A DNA stretch of 60,254 nucleotides, filler included, from Stramenopiles sp. TOSAG23-2 (Eukaryota), in the NCBI GenBank assembly GCA_900128395.1. It is 4 parts of 4 records of this genome, joined end to end, with 100 filler letters (N's around TTAATTAATTAA, not from the genome) between each part and the next. Parts side by side here need not be neighbours in the genome. Positions count along the whole stretch, not along the records: positions 30,210 to 45,200 come from LT649735.1; positions 45,301 to 60,254 come from LT649736.1; 2 more parts are not named here. One strand, written 5' to 3'. The translations under genes and the position numbers were made by a program. The notes beneath the pieces were generated by a model. The model had not been told where the DNA came from and made no database searches. It saw nothing but the letters and a program-made list of their open reading frames with translations. This document shows positions 36,851 to 47,049 of the stretch, one piece after another (position 1 is the first letter of the stretch; each line of letters opens with the position of its first letter).

Positions 36851-37108
36851 AAAAGAAAAGAAAAAGGGAAAAAGAAGATGGTACAACAAAGAAAAAAAGG
36901 AAGAAGAAAAAAAAGAAAAAGGTTGATTTGAGTGTTGATACTAACATAGATGAGATTAATATAAATGCGAATGAAGAATTAGATGAAGATGATGCAACGC
37001 CAATTTTAACAGGACAGTCAACGCCACCACCAGCTTCTATGCCACACTTAGCCCAGCTTCCACCGCTATCAAATAATGAAACTATATCATCCCCACCAGT
37101 AAATACTG

Positions 37109-37139
<31 letters not shown>

Positions 37140-37764
37140 AACGACGACGACTAAAACAAAGAAGGCAAACTCTATGCCGCTAACAACAATCATAATAAGC
37201 TCAGGGCAAAATGGCGAACCAAAACGCAAAGCAAAACATTGGTTAGATGCTGACAGCGATGAAGAAGAAACTGAGGCTGAAATTGCAAAAAAAAATAGTC
37301 CAAAAAAAAGGAAGAAGCTTAAGAAAATAAAATTGTCAAATAGTAGCAATAATAATAGTAGTAATGGCAGTAGTTCGAATGACCAAGCAGCAACATACAT
37401 GCCATCAAAAACTGTTAATATGGTATTGGCGAAAAAAACAAATATTAATTCGAACAAATCTAGAATTAAACGAGGTCCATTAAAATCATGTTTAAAATCA
37501 AAAAATGCGGCGAAGAAAAGCAAAGATATACGTATACAGTTTCCAGCTGATGATAAGAAACTGACAAAAATTCGTATTATAGATAATTTTGATGATGAAG
37601 AAGGAGGCGAAAGCAGTATGATATCTGCCATGTTTCGTCGTCCAAAACCGATTGATCCATCTACAATGGAATTTCCACTCAATCAAATTATTGAACAATA
37701 TGAGAATACTCTAAATCAAGAGATTTTTCATGAACAAGATAAAACAATTGTTTTCAATATTTAA
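35335..37764 (+). CDS. Lys-rich nuclear protein with possible PWWP/Tudor-like domains and PP1-docking motifs
   Basis: RWPI...VEVLFIG and VWPVEIV segments; many NLS-like runs; KSCLK...RIQF. Confidence 0.7.
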
Positions 37765-38046
37765 ATTAAAAGAATTTTGTTTTATGTACTACTTCGTACT
37801 TTCGTACGAATGATATAATCTCTCTTTCACATTAATTTAAAATGTGTAATATTATGTGTGTACATGTGGTTTTATGTGTGCGTGTGTGTGAGTAGGTGTC
37901 GACATATATATTAAGGGTGCAATAATAATGGAAATATATATGCGGAAAATACGATGTGGTATCATATTATATATCAAAAATATAAATATGTACAAATATA
38001 CGGTGTACATATAAAAAATGTATTAAAAAAACAGATTTTTCATACT

Positions 38047-39507
38047 TCATACACCCCCCGATGACGCTAGTTTCAGCGCTATTTCTTGACCTTTTGATAT
38101 ATTATTTTCATTTAAAACATTTATTGGTACTTTTGCTTGAAAACGGCCTTTCTTTCCACCACCTTTAGCTTTCCATAATGTTACTAACTCTTTGCCTAAT
38201 GCTTGAACTACTTCCTCTGGACCTTCAATCATAAAAGCACCAACACTTAATTCATTTCCAACACTAACAAATATGGTTACTTTCTCAAAGTTTCTTATCG
38301 ATTCAACGTTAGAGGATTTTACTTCACGTATGAAACTTTTCATAAAATCACTATTACCAGATGGTAAATGCTGATATATGATATTGCTACTTTCATTGTT
38401 AAATTCAGGATGATTGGATACATTAGCAGACATGGCAGCAAAACTTTTTAATAAATTTTTCATATTACGATTGATTTCTTTTTGTGATTGTAGCAAATTT
38501 TTAATATTTTCAACATGCTTATCAACACCACAAGTAATTAATGATGTGATTTCCTTTGCATTTTGTTCCAATAGATTTGAACGCTCTAACAATCGCTCTC
38601 CGGTTAAATAAAATACTTTGGTATTTCCATCTTTACCTTTTTCTGTATTGACAAATTTGATTGCTTGTAAATCTTTTGTTTGTTGAACATGCGTACCACA
38701 GCAGGCATTAATATCAATACCATCAATTTCCATGACTCGTATTGTTGGAGAACCACCTAATTTTAAACCTTTCGCAGCTTTTCGAATATTTCCATTCTTT
38801 TCATATTCCTCATGTGTATAAAATGATGGCAACATTGATAAATTGTCCCTTATGCATTTATTTACATCCTTCTCAATAAGATGTAATTCCTCATCTTCCA
38901 TTTTCAATTCACCTGATAATTCAACATAACAACTTTTATCTTTTGGTGCTAAATTCCATGATAATGTCTTTCGATTGTATGAATTTAATGCAACTGCAGT
39001 AATTAAATGTTGTGAAGAATGATGAATCATATGATCAAACCTTCTTTGAACATTAATTTTCAATTCTACATTTGTATTTTCAGGTATTGGATCATGCGTA
39101 TAATGTAAAACTAATTTACCACCTGGACCAAAACGTTGGCAATTTACAACTTGTATGGATTGTTTATCATTCACAATAATATCACCAGTATCATGTGGTT
39201 GACCACCACCTTCTGGAAAAAATACTGTATCATTTAATAGTATTCCATATTTAGGCTCAATAACCTTTGGTTCATTTGATTTCTTTTTCTTTTTTTTCTT
39301 CTTCTTCTTCTGGCTTGAATCATTATTACTATCTTTGCTTTCCAATGGTGTTGAATATAATGAATTCCATATCTTTAATTCATAGCATTTTTTCACAATT
39401 GCTTCTTTACTATATTGGTATGAATCTTTTTGACATGATAAAATCCATGGCAATGATTCAAATTCTTCGTCTGTTAATTTTTCTGGTGTATTAATTAATG
39501 AGGTCAT
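38047..39507 (-). CDS. AARSD1: Alanyl-tRNA editing protein AlaX (AARSD1-like)
   Basis: DTVFFPEGGGQPHDTG, RRFDHMIHHSSQHL (HxxxH), CCGTH (CxxxH), C-terminal KGGG. Confidence 0.92.
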   Translation of the reverse strand: MTSLINTPEKLTDEEFESLPWILSCQKDSYQYSKEAIVKKCYELKIWNSLYSTPLESKDSNNDSSQKKKKKKKKKKSNEPKVIEPKYGILLNDTVFFPEGGGQPHDTGDIIVNDKQSIQVVNCQRFGPGGKLVLHYTHDPIPENTNVELKINVQRRFDHMIHHSSQHLITAVALNSYNRKTLSWNLAPKDKSCYVELSGELKMEDEELHLIEKDVNKCIRDNLSMLPSFYTHEEYEKNGNIRKAAKGLKLGGSPTIRVMEIDGIDINACCGTHVQQTKDLQAIKFVNTEKGKDGNTKVFYLTGERLLERSNLLEQNAKEITSLITCGVDKHVENIKNLLQSQKEINRNMKNLLKSFAAMSANVSNHPEFNNESSNIIYQHLPSGNSDFMKSFIREVKSSNVESIRNFEKVTIFVSVGNELSVGAFMIEGPEEVVQALGKELVTLWKAKGGGKKGRFQAKVPINVLNENNISKGQEIALKLASSGGV

Positions 39508-40222
39508 ATAGTTAAAAAAAAATAATATATATTTCTGATGAGTGAATGCAAAGAATTATTAAAATTCAAAAAAAAAAAAACAAAAAAAAAAAACAGTAGT
39601 AGTTTCAAAATTATAAACACTGAAAAATAAAAGCAAATAAATGTTGTGTAATATTTATACCACTGTTGATTTTCTGTTTTTTTATTTATCCAGTGAGCAT
39701 ATATTATATAAAAATATATATATATATATCTATAGACGTAACTAAAAATGATAATATGAATGAGAGAAAAGATCTTTTGCCATATATACTTGTACATGTA
39801 GTACTACAGTAGGTTGCAAAAAAGAGATGATCCATGAAAACCGGCCAAAAAAGTACACAATTGTTCCATTTTTTGCGATTTTTCGTCGATTTCCTATCAA
39901 GTAGTTAAATTATATTATACTAATATTGTGCTTAAATGTAAAAATGTTGGATGAAAATGGAGGCGTTTAATCTCGGAGGGGGGTGTTTTTCCAGATCTTT
40001 TAATCTGATCGACTGTATTATGACGACAACAGTGTTTTTTTTTCTTCTTCTTCTTCACCAAATAACATTAGGTTGCATTACTACTACTACAAAAATCAAT
40101 AGTAGTAGAAGAGCTAATAGAAGTATATGGATTATACGAAACGACATACAGTTAAACATGTTGTAGGGGAAAAGATCTTTACTATCAATTAACAACATTA
40201 TATAGTGAACTGATAATCAACA

Positions 40223-41410
40223 ATGATCGTTCCAACAGATAATACGAATAAAATGTTTCAAGATAACCACAATATTAGTAATAATGATAATAATAACAAT
40301 CATGAAAATGAAATAGAACATTTTCAAGACTTACCAAAGTTTTTAAAATTTGGCATTAAATATGCAGCGTCAAGGTATAAAAAGACATATGTCGTCATAC
40401 AATTTTTAGTGCAATTTGGATCATTACTTCCAATATTTGGTTTTGTAACAAAATCATTAGTTCTTTCTATGGTTTTGTGTGGGTATTTATTTATTACAAA
40501 TTTGAACTTAGTAATGCAACCTGATTTCACAAAGGGCGTATTTTTAAATTTATTATTACATGATACAAAAATAACGAAAAAAATTAACGATAATACATTT
40601 AAGGCATGGGTTGGAACAATGGTAATTTTCCAATTCATTACACCTCCATTTCTGTTCTACTTTATAGTGTGGCAATTTGCGAATGACCCTGCAAAAATGC
40701 TTGGTCCATCAACATTTACTATAACTATTGTTATATCGATTATTGGACAAATTGCTATGATTCCCATGTTCATATTAAATAGTTGCCAAACATTAACCGA
40801 TCAAGTAAGTTTGGTACATATTTCGACCATTCAAAACTATCTTGAAAAAATTCGTGATATTATCGTAAATGATAATAATAATAATGTTGGTGGCGGAGAG
40901 TATAATTTTGTTGAAGAGGGTGGTATGTCGCTTGTTGATAAATTATCCCAAGAACAGGAACAAGTAGAAAAATGGATCATGAAAATTAATAATGGAATGT
41001 CAACATTTAATACCATTCAATTATGCAATTACATTGGAGGATGTATTTTGTTTTTATTTATTGCAGCTGGAGGTTATGGTTTCGGAGCAACGATAGGATG
41101 TGCTATTTGTGCACTATTCTTATTTTGTATGATTGGTAATAATTTATATGCAATGTCAAAACCTAATATGGTTTGGGAACGAGAAAGAATATTATTATTA
41201 AATGATGCAAAAGTGTTTTTAAATTTAAAATTTGAAAGAGAAAATTTTGACATATGGTTGCAAAATCATAATATCAATTCAAGTAAAGCATTTGGTACTA
41301 AAATTACATTTGAAAGAATGCAACAAGCAGCTGGTTTATTGATATCGGCATTTGGTATTGCATTTTATGCATTGTTACAAGATATAATGAGTAACGTGTA
41401 TGATGCTTGA
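40223..41410 (+). CDS. Seven-transmembrane protein, possibly gustatory-receptor-like (7TMIC superfamily)
   Basis: Seven hydrophobic segments, long TM4-TM5 loop, C-terminal KAFGTKIT...FYALLQ. Confidence 0.55.
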   Translation: MIVPTDNTNKMFQDNHNISNNDNNNNHENEIEHFQDLPKFLKFGIKYAASRYKKTYVVIQFLVQFGSLLPIFGFVTKSLVLSMVLCGYLFITNLNLVMQPDFTKGVFLNLLLHDTKITKKINDNTFKAWVGTMVIFQFITPPFLFYFIVWQFANDPAKMLGPSTFTITIVISIIGQIAMIPMFILNSCQTLTDQVSLVHISTIQNYLEKIRDIIVNDNNNNVGGGEYNFVEEGGMSLVDKLSQEQEQVEKWIMKINNGMSTFNTIQLCNYIGGCILFLFIAAGGYGFGATIGCAICALFLFCMIGNNLYAMSKPNMVWERERILLLNDAKVFLNLKFERENFDIWLQNHNINSSKAFGTKITFERMQQAAGLLISAFGIAFYALLQDIMSNVYDA

Positions 41411-42024
41411 GTAAAAACATATTGCAACACATTATTATACATAACAATATATTATATATGTTTCACGAAAGAAGACACATGGGTAAGAGTTGTTGGGTAT
41501 GTGCAAATCACACTGTCTTTTTTTTCCACTTACACTAGAATATTAATTTATTATCGGATATATTTACCAGCCAAAAGGGCCAGGTATATATTTTCGTAAT
41601 TTCGGTCAAATTCACATCACACGGACAACAAGCTATTCTACTAAGTACATGAAATACTATCTAAGGACTCGACGACTCGACCAGTACCTTAACCTGTTAC
41701 GGTAAAATTGCCAATTTAAATTAGCATCCAGATAGCACTACCATCCTACCTGTGTGCATTTTTTTTTTTGTGGAATAATAAATTAATAAATAAATAAGAA
41801 TTAATTATTTCTGAATTAATATTAATAGCCCTCTACTGGAAAGAAAAAACATAACAAAAACATTCTTGATATATATATATATATAAAAGTAAACAATTTT
41901 AATTTATCAAATAGATAAAAAAAACAAAGAAGTAAAAAGATTATAAAAACGAAAACTTTGTCAAACAATAAGAAGAATATACACAACATCATTTTTTATT
42001 TTTTTTTTAAATTCCTTCTTCAAA

Positions 42025-43356
42025 ATGAGAACCTTAATTTTATTGCCCATTACAACAATAATGTTACTGCTTCTAGATTTAAAGCTAGTATGCAGTTTGA
42101 ATGTCGTGGCTTCTTCACTTATTGATGCTGGTCGCGAGACTCCCAAGCTAGATGACGATGTACTAGAAGTCGTTAAATCCATAGAAGAACGTTATTCAAA
42201 CCACCCCGGGTTCCGCCATTACTTTTGGGACTTTATGGCAAAAGGTGATTATGATTTACAATTTTTAAGAAAGTATGCACTTCATTATTATGAACACGTT
42301 CGCGTATTTCGCTTATATTTAGCTGGTGCAATGACTGCAGTACCGGTCGAAGAATTTCAAGTCACGCTTAGTGAAATTATAGCAGATGAATTTGGTGTAC
42401 GTTTATACAATGAACCTGATGTAGATGGTCACCCTAAATTGTTTCGACGTTTTATGCGGAGTTTGGGATTAACAGAAGACGATTGGGAAACTGTTTCAAC
42501 TGGCAAAAATCTAATTGAAGGCATTGCACATTATAAACGCATTCATTACGGTCTTTTCAACGGTGGTTTAGCTGAGGAAATAGTTGGTGCTATTATTTTT
42601 GGTATGGAACGTACTACACCTCATCGACATAGTCGAGTGTTGGATGGCCTGAAAAAATTTAGTGATAGAACTGGGCATGAAATTGACTGGCAATTTTTCA
42701 GTGAACATGTTGGAGTAGATGATTATCATAATAATGCGCTTCTTTTCCCTTTACAATCATGGTTTCTTGATCCAGTAAAGGTCGATCGTATGATGCAAGG
42801 TGCAACAGCATCGTTTGATGCTCGAAAAGGATTTCTTGATGATCTGGCCACAACCATGGGTATCACAAAGCCACCTACATCACAGTCTTGCACTGCTAGT
42901 TTGAGCTCGCCGGTGCATATTGACAAGATGCCAGAACTTGTCAAAGGTGTAGAGTGGATGCCATTATCAAGCTTACATGTTCACGAAGACATTGATGAAG
43001 AACGTCGTTTAGCATTGCTTGCTTATATGAATATCACTCTTCAGCAACAACAATTGATGACAATTTCTGCCATATCTGTATCAATTGAAGGTGTTGTAAT
43101 TGATGGTCACCATCGATTGTCGGCATTAGCATCATTAGGATATACGGAAGTTCCTTGTTGTATAATCAATTATGATCACAAGAATATACGTGTACATGGG
43201 AGTACAAAAATTCGCGTCAAAGAATTTGCAACTCAACATCAACACGAACTGATGCCTCCTAAAAGTACAAGGCACACTGTCGTAGGATGTGATGGAAACG
43301 AACATCCTATTGCGGTTTTATCCCCAGTAATTTCACTTGCAGGAAAGCAACCATGA
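42025..43356 (+). CDS. Fusion: signal peptide + heme-oxygenase-like diiron oxidase (CADD/PqqC/TenA fold) + ParB/Srx-fold SbnI/SerK-like kinase domain
   Basis: DEFG...GHPKLFRRF, GME and FFSEHVGVDDYH diiron ligand set; LHVHE, VIDGHHRLSAL..LG...VP and PPKSTRH. Confidence 0.8.
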   Translation: MRTLILLPITTIMLLLLDLKLVCSLNVVASSLIDAGRETPKLDDDVLEVVKSIEERYSNHPGFRHYFWDFMAKGDYDLQFLRKYALHYYEHVRVFRLYLAGAMTAVPVEEFQVTLSEIIADEFGVRLYNEPDVDGHPKLFRRFMRSLGLTEDDWETVSTGKNLIEGIAHYKRIHYGLFNGGLAEEIVGAIIFGMERTTPHRHSRVLDGLKKFSDRTGHEIDWQFFSEHVGVDDYHNNALLFPLQSWFLDPVKVDRMMQGATASFDARKGFLDDLATTMGITKPPTSQSCTASLSSPVHIDKMPELVKGVEWMPLSSLHVHEDIDEERRLALLAYMNITLQQQQLMTISAISVSIEGVVIDGHHRLSALASLGYTEVPCCIINYDHKNIRVHGSTKIRVKEFATQHQHELMPPKSTRHTVVGCDGNEHPIAVLSPVISLAGKQP

Positions 43357-43736
43357 TTAACAGAACATGTGAAAAAGAAATTAAAAGAAATGGTTTATTA
43401 TAATACAAAATGAAAAACAAAAGAATGTTAAAATAATTAATAGAAAAATAATTTTATTATTTTTTACATGATGTGTGGCTGCACCGCACAGATTTAAAAA
43501 TATGATTTTATAAAATAAAAAAATAAGATTATGTGCATATTTAATACTTTCGAACAAGAGTTCGTATTTAAATTGCATTAATTAAAGACTAAGATTACAC
43601 ATCATATGTGCACAAAGGAAAAAATAAAATCTCAGAACACAATATAAACAGTGTTTTTATAAATTATTTTTGTATAATGTATACCAGACGTAAAACAGTA
43701 CTTCCGAATATTTATATCTCTCCTCAAAACACACTT

Positions 43737-45200
43737 TTATAATCTCTGCTGCTGCTTCTTTTGCTTTGTTGGTCCCGTATTATATGCACCTGGAACGCAT
43801 GGACATATTCTACTTGCTTCTGGACTTTTATCACTACAATCACTTTTTTTCCCTCCTCCTGGATTATCATGTATACAAAATCCTTCCTCTTTCTTCTGAC
43901 TTTCTTGTAGAATCAATGCTGGAGTATATCCTTTGTTTGAATATTTTGTATGTGTTTTACAACCTGCAGGACAATCGATAAGTGAGGTAATACGACTGCA
44001 ATCATTTAAATATTGAAAGCCTTCTGATGCACATTTACTTTTATCTGTATTACTACATACTTCATCACAACTTAAACCTTTTGTCCCAACTAATATTTCA
44101 ATATGCCCGGGTAAACTTCTTTGTTTACCACGATGATAACCATATTGCACCAATGCACCAAATGTCCCTACACCAGCTTCACATGGAGACATACCAGCCA
44201 TTGCACATTTTTGTTGAAACGTTTCTTGTTTCATCCATGAATTTACCTTCAATTTAGAACCACAATTACCAACATGACGTTGCCCCCTATCTGAAAAAGT
44301 AGATTGTTTTCCTAAATGTTCTAACATATTATATTGCAATACTCGAAATGGATTTACATTACGACGTGGGTCACCAAATTGTCGCTTACCTTGACTATTG
44401 ACAGCGGAAAAATATTCCGTAAACAAAAGATCAACTGGCATCATATTTTGATTTGTCATTAAATAATGAATAAACGGTGGAATTTCAGCACATTTAATTA
44501 CAATACCACTCATACCTACCCCAACTCGAATCGTTGACCAACCACGTTGATCGGCTCTTAAAATAGCAAATTTAATCATATGCATACCTTGTGGGCATAA
44601 TTCAAAATCATCCTCTAAAATTAACATATTTTCACATNNNNNNCAAAAGTGAAATGACATCTCGTGTTTGTTGTCTTGGACGAATTTCTGGAGATAAATT
44701 TGGTTTATACCTCCAACCACGTGGCAACTTAGGATCACACCGAACAGGGTCTTTTTCAATAAATTCAAATGTATCTTTGCCTTTTTCATGTAATTGAAAT
44801 TCTTTTTTTATCCTATTAAATACAAGATGAGTTTTTGGCCTGAAATTGACCACTTTAACATGAGCCGCACCGTTACTAAATGGATCTCTTGTATTTGGAT
44901 GTGGTAATTGATCACGCAATGCACGTACAGTACGAGCTAAATATGCCAAGTTATTTTTTCGTGGTATCGTACCAATAACAATTTGTAACCATCGTTTTGA
45001 TTTAAAATTCGGTGGTCTAATAATACGATCTTTATTAAATTTTTTTTCAAAACCAAAATATGGGTCTTCACAACTAAAACATGCATCTTCTCCATATTCT
45101 TTGATAGCTGTAGCACAATCTTTTGCATCCCATGTAGGTGGTTTAAAAATCCCTTGTGATTCTTTTTTTGTAGCCGGAATAGCAGCAAAAGTTACACATA
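43737..45200 (-). CDS. MGAT4/GT54-like glycosyltransferase with MGAT5-type C-terminal Cys-rich domain; 5' end cut, frame broken by the N gap at 44638-44643
   Basis: Open frame from the scaffold edge reads WLQIVIGTIPRKNNLAYLARTV; then LILEDDFELC, EHLGKQST, GLSCDEVC...F..LNDC...RICPC. Confidence 0.75.
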
Positions 45201-45300
45201 NNNNNNNNNNNNNNNNNNNNNNNNNNNNNNNNNNNNNNNNNNNNTTAATTAATTAANNNNNNNNNNNNNNNNNNNNNNNNNNNNNNNNNNNNNNNNNNNN
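45201..45300. other. Artificial scaffold junction
   Basis: N run with TTAATTAATTAA. Confidence 0.97.
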
Positions 45301-45355
45301 ATTTTCCAATTTATCACTTAAACTAGTTTTCTTACCTTTCTTACCTTTCTTGCTC
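45301..45355 (-). other. Inverted chimeric copy of 47856-47910 (probable MDA artefact)
   Basis: Exact 55-nt reverse complement fused to GNPTAB coding sequence. Confidence 0.9.
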
Positions 45356-46295
45356 GGCGGGGATACATATGGTGACTCATTAGTCAAAGTAAATATGCTG
45401 TACAATAAAGAATTTGGTGCATCATCAAGGAAAGTGCCGGCACATATGCCACATTTAATTGATCGCGATGTTATCAATGAATTGCATTCACATCCAAAAT
45501 TTAAACATGAATTTGAACTGACAAGCCAACGTAAATTTCGTAGTTCACATGATATGCAATACAGTTTCTCTTATTTTCATTGGGTAATACATCAAAAGAA
45601 AAAAGTAGAACTTGCGAAAATATTTAATTCTGAAATTGATACTGATGGCGATGGTATTTTAAATAGTAATGAGCTGCGAACATTGGCAAGTATGATGCTT
45701 GGAGAATCACCTGATGATAGTCATATCAAAGAATTATTAAAAAATAATTGTACAACGTTGAAAAATATACATAATTGCCAAAAAGCAATAGAAGGTATTC
45801 GTANNNNNNNNNNNNNNNNNNNNNNNNNNNNNNNNNNNNNNNNNNNNNNNNNNNNNNNNNNNNNNNNNNNNNNNNNNNNNNNNNNNNNGTATTCGTAAAA
45901 ATATACATCAACCATCCACACATGAGAAAGCACCTTTGGATGAAGTGACGTTTCAAATGATTGGGGATGATTACAATGCTACTCGCAAAATGTTAGACGG
46001 GATACGTGCGAAAAGAACTAAATTTATATGTGTAAATGACGATATGAAAGATCCATCAAATGCTGTAATACAAGTGCTTCAAGATTTTTTCCATGCATTG
46101 TACCCAATTCCATCACCATTTGAATTACCAAGTGGTATCGTAAATGAACTGTTGGAGATAGATTTAATACGTGAAGAAGTGGAGAAAGCGAAAATAAATA
46201 GGCAACGAATGCATTTATTATTGGTTGGATTGTTTGTATTCGTTGCAGGTGTTTATTGCAAAATGTGGTTCTTCGTAAAAAATAATAGTGACTAA
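45356..46295 (+). CDS. GNPTAB: GlcNAc-1-phosphotransferase alpha/beta (Stealth family), C-terminal part
   Basis: DTYGDSL..VN..YNKEFG...RKVPAHMPHLID, DMQYSFSYF, EF-hand DTDGDGILNSNELRTL, KFICVNDD, C-terminal TM; both sides of the N gap share gtattcgta, and merging them gives one frame. Confidence 0.9.
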
Positions 46296-46951
46296 AAAAA
46301 AAAGACTAAACTTTTAAAATGTAATGATACAAGAATAATTATGTTGTTGTGCATCACTTAAAACTTTTGGTTGTATTATAATAAAAAATATTTAAAAAAA
46401 ATTATTATGTTGTGCTTTCTTTATACCTATTATAGAGCTATACATGTATATACATGTAGTGTTTACGTTATGTCATAGCATATCAATAGCACTATGCCTA
46501 TTATTAGCGATAGCACTGTAATAGCATTAGTTTGGCAAAAAAGAAACTCGTACTCTATCATACTTTTCACTTTTTTCAACACAGCAGCTTTTTTCTTTTA
46601 CACAAGTTTTTTCAACGGGGGGTAACCACAAAGAAGTTTAATAATTTACTAGTAGCACATCAGCACAAACAATATAAAACGAAGTTACATAGGGTCTGCC
46701 TATATATGTCAATATTATTTTTCCCAATGTAACGCTAAAATTTAAATACACCTACTCTACCAGAATTTTCATATCGTTCCATTATCAACAATTATAAAAA
46801 CGAATGATGAATATTGCATAGCATCATATATTTCATGTCAATAAATATTCGAGGAGGATTTCTACATGGCATTTTGTTTTTCTAAAAAAAAGTAAGGGGA
46901 GAGTTTGTAAATATATTCGTGTATAATACATATAATGTATATCGAGATATC

Positions 46952-46988
<37 letters not shown>

Positions 46989-47049
46989 CAATATTCGATA
47001 CAACTTACGTGAAACTTATATTATATATCACGTTTAACATATAATCATA

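Noticed and set aside
36246-37682. 478-aa antisense ORF and similar shadow ORFs (9218-9601, 33579-34175, 47379-47921)
   Set aside because: Reverse-strand read-through of low-complexity Lys/Thr/Asn codons in real genes
45253-45477. ORF sharing KKGKKGKKTSLSDKLEN with the 47050 protein
   Set aside because: Product of the inverted chimera, not a paralog
44638-45888. Frameshifts in the MGAT4-like and GNPTAB genes
   Set aside because: Both fall on N gaps of estimated length; the GNPTAB gap flanks overlap by 9 nt and merge in frame
43737-46295. Apparent glycosylation gene cluster (MGAT4-like next to GNPTAB)
   Set aside because: The genes lie on different scaffolds separated by the artificial linker
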